48,346 nt of DNA, taken from positions 1 through 48,346 of the forward strand of contig CAYVOC010000006.1 in assembly GCA_964453345.1 (NCBI GenBank), given 5' to 3'. Positions 27,484 to 35,426 of this stretch are shown piece by piece. The stretch's first letter is position 1; every line of letters starts with the position of its first letter. The notes below the pieces were generated by a model, which did not search any database, had not been told where the DNA came from, and saw only the letters and a list, made by a program, of their open reading frames with translations. The DNA is from an uncultured Aquificales bacterium (GTDB lineage Bacteria > Thermosulfidibacterota > Thermosulfidibacteria > Thermosulfidibacterales > Thermosulfidibacteraceae). Both the position numbers and the translations under genes were made by a program.

Positions 27484-28182
27484 ATGGAAAGGGCTCTGGT
27501 GATATTTTCAGGAGGCATAGATTCTACCACCTGTTTATACTGGGCGAGGGATCGGTTTGATGAGGTGTTCTGCATAACCTTTGACTACGGTCAGAGGCAC
27601 AGGGTGGAGGTGGAATTTGCCAGGATAATAGCTGAAAGGGCCGGGGTTAAGGAGCATTTCATATATCGGATAGATTTGAGAAGCATAGGAGGATCGGCCC
27701 TTACCGATGAGAGGATGGAGATCCCTGAGAGAAGCGAAGATGAGATAGATTCCACGGACATCCCCGCTACCTATGTGCCCTTCAGAAACGGCATCTTTAT
27801 ATCCATTGCTGCAGCCTATGCGGAGACCAGGGGGATCTATAACATTGTGGGCGGCTGGAATGCGGTGGATTTTTCCGGGTATCCGGACTGCAGACCGTCC
27901 TTCATAGAGGCCATGGAGAGGGCAATAAATCTGGGAACCAAGGCGGGAGCCCAGGGAAACGGTTTCAGGATACACGCACCTTTAATGCATCTTGCCAAGC
28001 ATCAGATTATAGCCTTGGGGATATCCTTGGGCGCGGATTACTCCTATTCCATCTCGTGCTACAGGGGGGGCGAGGTCCCCTGCGGCAAGTGCGACAGCTG
28101 CAAGCTCAGGGCAAGGGGATGGAGAAGACTCGGCATAAGGGATCATCTTCTGGATAGACTTATGAGGGAGGGGAAGATATAA
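27484..28182 (+). CDS. queC: 7-cyano-7-deazaguanine synthase
   Basis: [29 protein letters not shown]...CGKCDSC; start ATG 27484. Confidence 0.96.
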   Translation: MERALVIFSGGIDSTTCLYWARDRFDEVFCITFDYGQRHRVEVEFARIIAERAGVKEHFIYRIDLRSIGGSALTDERMEIPERSEDEIDSTDIPATYVPFRNGIFISIAAAYAETRGIYNIVGGWNAVDFSGYPDCRPSFIEAMERAINLGTKAGAQGNGFRIHAPLMHLAKHQIIALGISLGADYSYSISCYRGGEVPCGKCDSCKLRARGWRRLGIRDHLLDRLMREGKI

Positions 28183-28349
28183 CGGCGCTTGTCAAGAAAA
28201 ATGTGTATGAATCTCAATGCATTCATTTTCAAACTTCCTTATAAACTCAGCTTTGAGAATGTGTGAAACAGAAGCTATTTTGTAGTGGGGTTTTCTCTAT
28301 CTTCTGGAGTGAAGCTCTTTTAGCAAGATGCCTAACTTGAGCTTGAGAT

Positions 28350-28392
28350 TGTCTGTGGAGTGAAGATACCCACCGCTAAGTTGCTGGGCATC
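28350..28392. repeat. Copy 2 of the degenerate intergenic motif, with an adjoining hairpin
   Basis: 28350-28371 is 19/22 identical to 159-180. On the minus strand GATGCCCA...TGGGTATC forms an 8-bp stem with one G-U pair. Confidence 0.4.
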
Positions 28393-28427
28393 CCCAATCT
28401 TTTTGTTTATGGATTCAGCAAGGGGAC

Positions 28428-28470
28428 TTGACCGCTTCTAAGGCACACTGTATAAAGGTTATTGTATAAC
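28428..28470 (+). promoter_or_regulatory. Sigma70 promoter with downstream palindromic operator candidate
   Basis: TTGACC(28428-33)-17-TATAAA(28451-56); GTTAT-TGT-ATAAC palindrome at 28458-28470. Confidence 0.55.
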
Positions 28471-28507
28471 AATGTTTTGTAACTATCCTCTTACAGGAGG
28501 TGCGACA

Positions 28508-29992
28508 ATGGTAAAGAGAGTAAGTAGCTTGGTTTTGTTTTTGTCTATTTGGGTTTTGGTTGCGGCAGTATTTCTGACAACTGCTGATGCTGGGGATTTT
28601 GGCTCTGGTAATGTAGTATGGCAGCGGAATCAGCACTCTCTTATAGAAGAGGTTAATACAGGAGCAAATAATGCTGATATGATGGATAGCTTTGGTAGGG
28701 ATGCTGGTGCTACTGGCACCATAAACTCCTGGATGAAGGTTTACGGAGGAGGAGATGAGGATGTAGCCTATTCAGTGATAGAGACTTCAAACGGCAACTA
28801 TGTAGTCGTGGGAGTGACCCAATCCTTTGGTCACGAGAACGGTGCCGATAATGTGTGGGTATTAAAACTTAATACAGATGGAAACATTGTCTGGCAAAAA
28901 ACCTATGGTGGATGGGCTGCGGACAGGGTGTATTCTGTAAAAGAGACTTCCGATGGAGGCTACATAATTGCTGGCGAAACTGCATCTTTTGGAGCTGGTT
29001 GGGGTGATGCTTGGGTGCTGAAGCTTGATGCTAACGGCAATGTCGTCTGGCAGAAGGCCTATGGTGGTAAAGGTGAAGACAGAGCATATTCCGTAATAGA
29101 AACTTCCGATGGAGGTTATATAGTAGTTGGGGGGACTAAATCTTTTGGAGCTGGTTGGGGTGATGCTTGGGTGCTGAAGCTTGGGGCTAACGGTAATATC
29201 ATTTGGCAGAAGACCTATGGTGGTAAGGAATGGGAAGAAGCTCGTGCTGTGATAGAAACTTCTGATGGATCTTATGTTGTTGTGGGAAAAACGAATTCCT
29301 TTGGTGCCGGCAACGATGATGTATGGGTGCTAAAGCTTGATATTAATGGTAACATTATCTGGCAGAAAACTTACGGCGGAAGATATTATGAAACAGCCTA
29401 CTCCGTAGCAGAGGCCCCGGATAGAAGCTACGTAGTTGTGGGTGAGACAAGCTCTTTCGGAGCTGGCAATAGGGATGCCTGGGTGCTGAAACTCGACACT
29501 AACGGCAATGTTGTATGGCAAAAGGCCTATGGTGGAGAGGATGCGGACGAAGCATATTCCATAAGAATTGCCTCGGACGGTAACTATATAGTTGCAGGGA
29601 GAACGGAGTCTTTCGATATGGGATCTGGAGGAGATGCATGGATACTGAAACTGAACGCTCATGGCAATATCATTTGGCAGAAAACTTATGGAGGCAAAAG
29701 TGTGGAGCAAGTATTTTCAGTAACCGAAGCCTCAGATGGAGGTTATGTGGCTGTTGGAAAAACATTTTCTTTCGGGAGTGGAAAGCACGATGTATTAGTG
29801 CTAAAGCTTGATGCTAATGGTAACATTCACGGGTGCTCATCAGCAGTTAGAAGTTCACGTGCAACTCCTCTCGTTGTTCAATCTGTTAGTGCATTTTCAC
29901 GTGCTACTGTTTCTTTTTCTAAAGCTGCTACCAATTCCTCTGCTATTACAGTTCTGAATTCTAATGCTTCTGTGAGGCAGATATGTCCTTAA
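28508..29992 (+). CDS. Secreted tandem-repeat protein, probably a 7-bladed beta-propeller
   Basis: Signal peptide; about seven ~52-aa repeats WQKTYGG...AYSV.ETSDGGY.V.G.T.SFG.G..DAWVLKLD.NGN; Ser/Ala-rich tail; SD AGGAGG before ATG 28508; AT-rich codon usage. Confidence 0.85.
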   Translation: MVKRVSSLVLFLSIWVLVAAVFLTTADAGDFGSGNVVWQRNQHSLIEEVNTGANNADMMDSFGRDAGATGTINSWMKVYGGGDEDVAYSVIETSNGNYVVVGVTQSFGHENGADNVWVLKLNTDGNIVWQKTYGGWAADRVYSVKETSDGGYIIAGETASFGAGWGDAWVLKLDANGNVVWQKAYGGKGEDRAYSVIETSDGGYIVVGGTKSFGAGWGDAWVLKLGANGNIIWQKTYGGKEWEEARAVIETSDGSYVVVGKTNSFGAGNDDVWVLKLDINGNIIWQKTYGGRYYETAYSVAEAPDRSYVVVGETSSFGAGNRDAWVLKLDTNGNVVWQKAYGGEDADEAYSIRIASDGNYIVAGRTESFDMGSGGDAWILKLNAHGNIIWQKTYGGKSVEQVFSVTEASDGGYVAVGKTFSFGSGKHDVLVLKLDANGNIHGCSSAVRSSRATPLVVQSVSAFSRATVSFSKAATNSSAITVLNSNASVRQICP

Positions 29993-30012
29993 ACGGTTGA
30001 AAAGCTATATTG

Positions 30013-30049
30013 AATCCCCCTGGTGAATCTCGCCAGGGGGATTGTGTTT
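30013..30049 (+). terminator. Terminator-like hairpin after the repeat-protein gene
   Basis: AATCCCCCTGG-9 nt-CCAGGGGGATT is a perfect 11-bp stem, followed by GTGTTT. Confidence 0.7.
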
Positions 30050-30074
30050 ATAGTAGGACTCAGGCCAAAGCCTC

Positions 30075-30105
30075 TTGCCTTTTGGTTGCTTTTGGAATAT
30101 AAGAT
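30075..30105 (+). promoter_or_regulatory. Promoter for tRNA-Ala/tRNA-Val
   Basis: TTGCCT(30075-80)-17-TATAAG(30098-103), 12 nt before tRNA-Ala. Confidence 0.55.
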
Positions 30106-30115
30106 TCAACGCGGA

Positions 30116-30188
30116 GGGCGGTTAGCTCAGGTGGGAGAGCGCTACCCTCGCACGGTAGAGGCCGCCGGTTCGAATCCGGCACCGTCCA
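30116..30188 (+). tRNA. tRNA-Ala(CGC), CCA not encoded
   Basis: Acceptor GGGCGGT/ACCGTCC with G3:U70, A73; anticodon loop CT-CGC-AC; GTTCGAATC T-loop. Confidence 0.95.
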
Positions 30189-30194
30189 TAAGGT

Positions 30195-30269
30195 GGGCGA
30201 TTAGCTCAGGGGGAGAGCGCTCCCCTCACAAGGGAGAGGTCGGAGGTTCAAATCCTCCATCGCCCACCA
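30195..30269 (+). tRNA. tRNA-Val(CAC), CCA encoded
   Basis: Acceptor GGGCGAT/ATCGCCC-ACCA; anticodon loop CT-CAC-AA; GTTCAAATC T-loop. Confidence 0.95.
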
Positions 30270-30274
30270 CTTTT

Positions 30275-31393
30275 TTATAGGAACACGGCCTTTCTCAAAA
30301 GCACCGTTGCGTAGCTTCCCGAAGGTAGGAAGAACCTTACGGTCAGGGAGTTTCGGGTTTCGTATAGTATATCCAGCCGTTCTGGCTTTACTATTGCTCT
30401 TCTTGCCCCCTCGTTGAAGACTTTCAGCCCCTCCACTTCCCTGTCCAAATAGCCTTCTATTCCTTCCTCGCTCACTACGCTTCTTAGCAGTTCGCGGTAG
30501 GGGCCTCTTTCCACCGATTCCCTGCTTATGTATGGGATATCTTTTTCCATTAGTTCTTCAATTTCAGCTGTGATTTTGGTGTGAAAGACAAGCTTCTCTT
30601 TTTTTATGAAGGGAATCCTTTTGTGAGGTGCCTTTGACAGGATTCTGGAAAGGCACCTGTTCCAAAGAAGGCTCTGGTAGGAGAAGAAGAACATAAGCTT
30701 TAGGTTTTTGGGAAATGCTCTGAAGGCCTTTGCCGGATCACGGGTCCTGCTGAGGACCATGAGGACCCTTCTTTCCTGTATGGAGAGGTTTTTCAACTCC
30801 TCAAGAAGTGCCCTCCAGTTTCCCCATAGCTTTTTCAGCTTTCTTTGAAAGTAGGGATTGTTGCTCTGGGTAAAGTATTCCCTGAGCGCTTCTTCATACC
30901 TTCCCTCAAGCAGATAGAGGGCTATGGGCCTTTTGGTGTTTATGTCGCTCAAGAATCTTTGCTCTCCGAAGTAGTTGGCGAAACCGATCTCTTTTATGAG
31001 TTCCAGATTGTATATGACCCTTCCGGGATCTATGTTGCGGATGGTTACGGTGAAGATGTTGCCCTTGGCGTCTCCTATCTCGATACCCCTTTCACCTCTG
31101 CCTATGTATTCCAGCTCCCAGCCTTTGCCCTTCAGGAATGCTTTAGGCCCGCCCTCAATGGAGATGTGCTGCACGGTTATGGCCCTTTTGTCCTTTAGAC
31201 CCGCAAATCCGAACTTGTGGAGGGGGATGTTGAGCCTTGAGGATACCTCCGACAGCGCATCGAGGGTGTTTCTCCCCCTCTTTTTGAGGAGGTAATAGCC
31301 GTATTTTCCCTTAGGGCTGGTCTCTAAGGGCAGAACTTCCTCTACTATGAAGTCTTCCGGTTTGTGCTTTATCTTTTCCTTGAGCAGATCCAT
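30275..31393 (-). CDS. truD: tRNA pseudouridine(13) synthase TruD
   Basis: PEDFIVEE, AGLKDKRAITVQ (catalytic Asp), NYFGEQRF, LPSGSYAT; start placed at ATG 31393. Confidence 0.93.
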   Translation of the reverse strand: MDLLKEKIKHKPEDFIVEEVLPLETSPKGKYGYYLLKKRGRNTLDALSEVSSRLNIPLHKFGFAGLKDKRAITVQHISIEGGPKAFLKGKGWELEYIGRGERGIEIGDAKGNIFTVTIRNIDPGRVIYNLELIKEIGFANYFGEQRFLSDINTKRPIALYLLEGRYEEALREYFTQSNNPYFQRKLKKLWGNWRALLEELKNLSIQERRVLMVLSRTRDPAKAFRAFPKNLKLMFFFSYQSLLWNRCLSRILSKAPHKRIPFIKKEKLVFHTKITAEIEELMEKDIPYISRESVERGPYRELLRSVVSEEGIEGYLDREVEGLKVFNEGARRAIVKPERLDILYETRNSLTVRFFLPSGSYATVLLRKAVFL

Positions 31394-31430
31394 GCCTGAA
31401 GATATAATAGGCAACATGGCCGGGAAGCCA
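31380..31430. promoter_or_regulatory. Bidirectional promoter between truD and the Clp1-like gene
   Basis: Plus strand: TTGAGC(31380-85)-17-TATAAT(31403-08)-7 nt-ATG. The minus strand has overlapping TATTAT/TATCTT with TTGGCT upstream. Confidence 0.6.
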
Positions 31431-32234
31431 AGCTTATCGGAGGATCTTTTCCCTTCCCTTGAGGGAATAGACAGGCTTATGCTGATCGGTCCCACGGATG
31501 TGGGCAAAAGCACCTTTATCACCAGGTATTTGAAGCATCTCAGGTCTAAGGGAGTTGTTCCCTGGGTGGTGGATCTTGATGTTGGTCAGTCCGATGTGGG
31601 ACCTGTGGGGACCTTAGCTGCTGCCAGGGCGGACAGGGATTTTTCCCTTCTTGAGGAGCTGGAGCCTTCTTTTGTGGAGTTTTTCGGATATCTTGCCCCC
31701 TCCTTCGATCTTATCACGTATATGTGGTGCTTGAGGAGGCTGGCCCTGCATTTGAGGGAAGCTTCCCCCTTGGTTATCGACACCACAGGGTGGGTTTCTG
31801 GATACGAGGCCTTTTCCCTTAAACTTGTCAAATCTCTGCTTTTTAGGGTTGATGCCGTTGTTCTGGTGGGTGAGTCCCTGTGCAGGTGGTCTAAGGCCTT
31901 TGAAGCGGTTGGTGTAAAGACCTTTTGTGTTGACCCTTCTCCCCATGCCATTCGGAAGGATAAAAAAAGAAGGCGCATAAACCGCTACGCTGCAACGGAG
32001 GCCTTCTTCAGGGATAAACCTGCGGTAAGAATAAGGCTTGGTGAGTATGCCCTCTGGACCAGATCCTTCAAGGATCTGAAGTTCTCGTTGATGGGCGGGC
32101 TGGATGATAGGCTTGCAACCGTCTATGTAGGGTGGATTGTGGAGCATGAGGGGGATACGGTTGTTGCTAAGCTCCATGTTATCAGAAAGATGCGTCCCTC
32201 CATAATCAGGATAGGACAGAAGGTAACTCTCTGA
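31416..32234 (+). CDS. Clp1/Grc3/NOL9-family polynucleotide 5'-OH kinase
   Basis: Walker A GPTDVGKST; DLDVGQSDVGP; Walker B/clasp VIDTTGW; lid RRRINR. Confidence 0.82.
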   Translation: MAGKPSLSEDLFPSLEGIDRLMLIGPTDVGKSTFITRYLKHLRSKGVVPWVVDLDVGQSDVGPVGTLAAARADRDFSLLEELEPSFVEFFGYLAPSFDLITYMWCLRRLALHLREASPLVIDTTGWVSGYEAFSLKLVKSLLFRVDAVVLVGESLCRWSKAFEAVGVKTFCVDPSPHAIRKDKKRRRINRYAATEAFFRDKPAVRIRLGEYALWTRSFKDLKFSLMGGLDDRLATVYVGWIVEHEGDTVVAKLHVIRKMRPSIIRIGQKVTL

Positions 32235-32246
32235 GGAGGTGTTTTT

Positions 32247-33284
32247 ATGTTCAAGGTCGCAGTCATAGGGGCTACGGGCTACACGGGGCTGGAGCTTCTG
32301 AGGTTGCTTCATCTTCACCCCCTTGTTGAAGTGGAGGTGATCACTTCGGAAAGCTACAGGGGAAAGCCCTACAGCGAGGTCTTCCCCGGTATGAAGGGTA
32401 TATGCGACTCTGTTCTTGAGGATGTGAAGGCGGAGGAGCTTGCGAAAAGAGTGGATGTGGCCTTTGTCTGTCTGCCCCACGGTGCCTCCATGGAGAAGGT
32501 GGTTGAGCTTGTGGACAGGGGGGTGAGGGTTATAGATCTATCCGGCGATTTCAGATTCAAGGATGTTTCTGTTTATGAGCTCTGGTATAAGGTTACCCAT
32601 ATAGCTCCGCATCTGCTTGAGGATGCCGTTTACGGGATCCCGGAGATATTCAGGGACAGGATCCCCTCTGCCAAAATAGTTGCCAACCCCGGCTGTTATG
32701 CCACAAGCGTGATCCTGGCGCTTTACCCCCTTCTTTCCAAGGGGTTCGTATCCGGTCTCGTTGTTGCCGACTGCAAGTCCGGGGTGACGGGTGCGGGCCG
32801 AAAACTCTCCCAGCGGACCCACTTTCCTGAGTGCAACGAGTCCTTCATGGCCTACTCTGTTTCCGGACACAGGCACAATCCGGAGATGGAGGAGGTGCTG
32901 AAGAGGGCCACGGGTGTGGACGTGCGGATCCTTTTCACCCCCCATCTGGTCCCCATGAACAGAGGAATACTTTCAACCATATATATCGAGCTTGCAGAAA
33001 GCATCGGCCTTTCTGAGGTGGAAGAGGCATACAGGGAGGTTTACGAGAGGGAGCCCTTTGTAAGGGTTTACCCTGCCGGTGTGCTTCCCACCACTAAGGA
33101 TGTGAGGGGAACGAATTACTGCGACATCGGCTTTGTTTACAGGGAGGATGTGAAAAGGCTTATCGTTGTCTCTGCCATAGACAATCTGGTTAAAGGAGCG
33201 TCCGGTCAGGCCATACAGAACATGAACCTGATGCTGGGTATAGATGAGACAGCGGGCCTGAATCTGGCTCCTATCTGGGTGTAG
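32247..33284 (+). CDS. argC: N-acetyl-gamma-glutamyl-phosphate reductase
   Basis: GATGYTG, ANPGCY, SGVTGAGR, HRH.PE, IDNLVKGASGQA. Confidence 0.97.
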   Translation: MFKVAVIGATGYTGLELLRLLHLHPLVEVEVITSESYRGKPYSEVFPGMKGICDSVLEDVKAEELAKRVDVAFVCLPHGASMEKVVELVDRGVRVIDLSGDFRFKDVSVYELWYKVTHIAPHLLEDAVYGIPEIFRDRIPSAKIVANPGCYATSVILALYPLLSKGFVSGLVVADCKSGVTGAGRKLSQRTHFPECNESFMAYSVSGHRHNPEMEEVLKRATGVDVRILFTPHLVPMNRGILSTIYIELAESIGLSEVEEAYREVYEREPFVRVYPAGVLPTTKDVRGTNYCDIGFVYREDVKRLIVVSAIDNLVKGASGQAIQNMNLMLGIDETAGLNLAPIWV

Positions 33285-33297
33285 CTGGATAAAAAAA

Positions 33298-33374
33298 TGG
33301 TGGTCCCGGGGGGATTTGAACCCCCGCCGCCGACTTGAGAGGCCGGTGTCCTAACCGGGCTAGACGACGGGACC
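33298..33374 (-). tRNA. tRNA-Glu(CTC)
   Basis: Minus strand GGTCCCG...CT-CTC-AA...GTTCAAATC...CGGGACC-ACCA. Confidence 0.95.
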
Positions 33375-33377
33375 ACC

Positions 33378-33452
33378 TGGCTGGGGAGGGAGGACTCGAA
33401 CCTCCACAACGGGATCCAGAGTCCCGCGTCCTGCCAGTTAGACGACTCCCCA
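33378..33452 (-). tRNA. tRNA-Gln(CTG)
   Basis: Minus strand TGGGGAG...CT-CTG-GA...GTTCGAGTC...CTCCCCA-GCCA; U1-A72. Confidence 0.95.
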
Positions 33453-33464
33453 ACGGCGGGATAA

Positions 33465-33511
33465 CTTATAATGATGTGCACCTTGCTTGTCAAGGGTAAT
33501 CTGGTTAATCT
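33465..33511. promoter_or_regulatory. Divergent promoters for tRNA-Gln/Glu and tolQ
   Basis: Minus strand: TTGACA(33493-88)-17-TATAAG(33470-65). Plus strand: TTGCTT(33483-88)-17-TAATCT(33506-11). Confidence 0.6.
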
Positions 33512-33548
33512 CTCATAAGTGCAATTTTCCTTGGTTGGGAGGTTCGGT

Positions 33549-34196
33549 ATGGCTACCTCTTTGCTTAAGATTTACTGGCAAAACGCCCTTGGCGATCCGG
33601 TTGTTATGGCGGTTCTGGTGGTGTTGCTTTTTATGTCTCTCTCTTCCTGGGGTATCTTCTTTTTCAAGCTGCTTCAGCTGAGGAGTGTGGCGAGAAGGGA
33701 GGAGATATTCCACAGCATGATAGATAACAACGCCCCCATCAGGAGCATACTTGCCAAGCGGGTGTTCTCTAAGGAGGTTCCCTTTGACATATTTGTCGGT
33801 TTCGCCGCTGAGGAGGGTGTGGTTTCCAGAAGCAGGCTTGAGGCGGCTCTGCTCATGGCCAGAACATGCATGGAGAGAGGTCTCTCCTTTGTGGCTACTG
33901 TGGGCAATACGGCCCCCTTTGTGGGATTGTTCGGGACGGTCTGGGGCATAATGAAGTCCTTTCATGCCATAGGCCTGCGTCAGGAGGCTTCCCTTGCGGT
34001 GGTTGCTCCCGGTATTTCCGAGGCCCTGGTCAACACGGCTATAGGGTTGCTCGTGGCCATACCTGCCGTCTTCTTTTACAATTTGCTGACCAAAAAGATC
34101 GATGGGATCCTGGATAGATCTGAAGCCTACGGGCTCATCTTCATTGAGAGATACGGGAGGATGAAGGGTGAGGAGGAAGGGAAGGATTTTGTCTGA
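33549..34196 (+). CDS. tolQ: TolQ (MotA/TolQ/ExbB family)
   Basis: APFVGLFGTVWGIM.SF, VAPGISEAL..TA.GL..AIPA; start ATG 33549 with SD. Confidence 0.92.
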   Translation: MATSLLKIYWQNALGDPVVMAVLVVLLFMSLSSWGIFFFKLLQLRSVARREEIFHSMIDNNAPIRSILAKRVFSKEVPFDIFVGFAAEEGVVSRSRLEAALLMARTCMERGLSFVATVGNTAPFVGLFGTVWGIMKSFHAIGLRQEASLAVVAPGISEALVNTAIGLLVAIPAVFFYNLLTKKIDGILDRSEAYGLIFIERYGRMKGEEEGKDFV

Positions 34197-34569
34197 GATA
34201 AATGTGACGCCCCTTGTGGATGTTATGCTGGTCCTTTTGATAATCTTCATGATCACCGCCCCCATGATGAAAAGGGGGGTGGTGATGGAGCTTCCCAGGG
34301 CGAAGGCCACCGTTATGAGGTTGAAAAGTATCCCTGTTGTTATCTCGGTTACCAAGAGGGGGTATTACTTCAACGGAAAGAGGGTTTCCCTCAAGGGGTT
34401 AAAGCTGTTGGCGAGGAGGGTGTTGAGCTCTAAGCCGGATGCCAGCTTTGTTATAGAGGCCCAGAGGGATGTGCCCTTTGAGTCTGTGGTCAGGGTGCTG
34501 GCGGAGCTGAGAAATATGGGGATTTCCCGGGTGGGTATAGCCACAAGGCCTGAGAGGAAGGGCAGGTGA
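34168..34569 (+). CDS. tolR: TolR (ExbD/TolR family)
   Basis: SEINVTPLVDVMLVLLIIFMITAP. Confidence 0.92.
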   Translation: MRRKGRILSEINVTPLVDVMLVLLIIFMITAPMMKRGVVMELPRAKATVMRLKSIPVVISVTKRGYYFNGKRVSLKGLKLLARRVLSSKPDASFVIEAQRDVPFESVVRVLAELRNMGISRVGIATRPERKGR

Positions 34570-35426
34570 ATTCTGGCAGGTGGATTCTGGCCGCTGTTCT
34601 TTCGGGTCTGGTTCACGTGGCCTTTGTGGGGGTGCTTTTCTGCGTGGGATCGAAGAAGGTGGTTGTCGGACTTCCCGAGGTTCACAAGCTTAGGGTTTAT
34701 CAGGTTAGGATAGTAAAGAGTGTTGGGAGGAGGACATCAGCAGGAGGGATCAAAAGGGCCATCAGCAAGGCGGTTAAGGTGCATACTGTAAGAAAGGCGG
34801 TTTCCAAGCCCAAGGCGGTTTCCAGACCTAAGCCGAAGCCCAAATCCCTCAAAAAAAGCGAAGTCCTGTATAAAAAGGCTGTAAAAAAGAAGAGGGCAAA
34901 AAAGAAGAGGGTGGCTGCAATTAGGCCGGCAGTTAAGCCTGCGAAGAGAAAAACTGCCAAGGTCAAGCACAGGTCTGAGCAGAAGATCCTCGAGGAGAGG
35001 ATAAGGGAGCTTGAGCAGGAGAAATACCTTGAAAAGAGGATAGAGGAGCTTAAAAGGGAGGTTTCTTCAGGGAAAGCTGGCGGCGGTGGGCCATCCATCG
35101 TTTCAAAGGCCGCCGGTAGAGAGATAGCGCTTTCTAGGTCCTCTGCTCAGCTTGATCCTCTGCTTGTTCTTTACTTGACCAGGCTTATGGATAAGATAAG
35201 GATGAACTGGGCGCTTCCCGAGGGGGTGGTGGGTAGGGAGGCTATAGTGTCCGTTAAGATAGACAGAAAGGGCAGGCTCGTGGATATAGGTATGGAGAAG
35301 AGTTCAGGGGATCATCTCTTTGATGAAAGCTGTATGAGGGCGGTCAGGAGAAGCTTTCCCTTTTCCCCCTTGCCTCCCGTTTACAGGGGAAGGTATTTAG
35401 AGATTGGGGTGAGGTTTAAGAGATGA
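34566..35426 (+). CDS. tolA: TolA/TonB-family energy transducer
   Basis: N-terminal TM helix with S..VH; Lys/Pro-rich linker; C-terminal I..NW...SSG...FD....RAV domain; lies between tolR and tolB. Confidence 0.8.
   Translation: MNSGRWILAAVLSGLVHVAFVGVLFCVGSKKVVVGLPEVHKLRVYQVRIVKSVGRRTSAGGIKRAISKAVKVHTVRKAVSKPKAVSRPKPKPKSLKKSEVLYKKAVKKKRAKKKRVAAIRPAVKPAKRKTAKVKHRSEQKILEERIRELEQEKYLEKRIEELKREVSSGKAGGGGPSIVSKAAGREIALSRSSAQLDPLLVLYLTRLMDKIRMNWALPEGVVGREAIVSVKIDRKGRLVDIGMEKSSGDHLFDESCMRAVRRSFPFSPLPPVYRGRYLEIGVRFKR

Noticed and set aside
28193-28412. Minus-strand reading ...QQLSGG...ELHSRR*RKPHYK... as a pseudogene or stop read-through
   Set aside because: Short, with no start or SD and no recognisable family; compatible with chance in AT-rich DNA.
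28260-28430. Known riboswitch (c-di-GMP, TPP, SAM) upstream of the repeat-protein gene
   Set aside because: I could not match any consensus core by eye, and the best promoter lies downstream of this region. An Rfam cmscan would settle it.
28720-29830. Regularly spaced ~156-nt repeats as a possible CRISPR array or DGR repeat
   Set aside because: The repeats are in frame within one ORF and vary mostly at synonymous sites. There are no unique spacers, no cas or reverse transcriptase gene, and no adenine-specific variation pattern.
28183-30269. tRNA-integrated genomic island or prophage
   Set aside because: The AT-rich islet lies at the tRNA 5' side. I saw no integrase and no duplicated tRNA 3' end (att site).
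30023-30280. 85-aa ORF here and the small ORFs at 33206-33493
   Set aside because: They overlap tRNA genes and are spurious translations.
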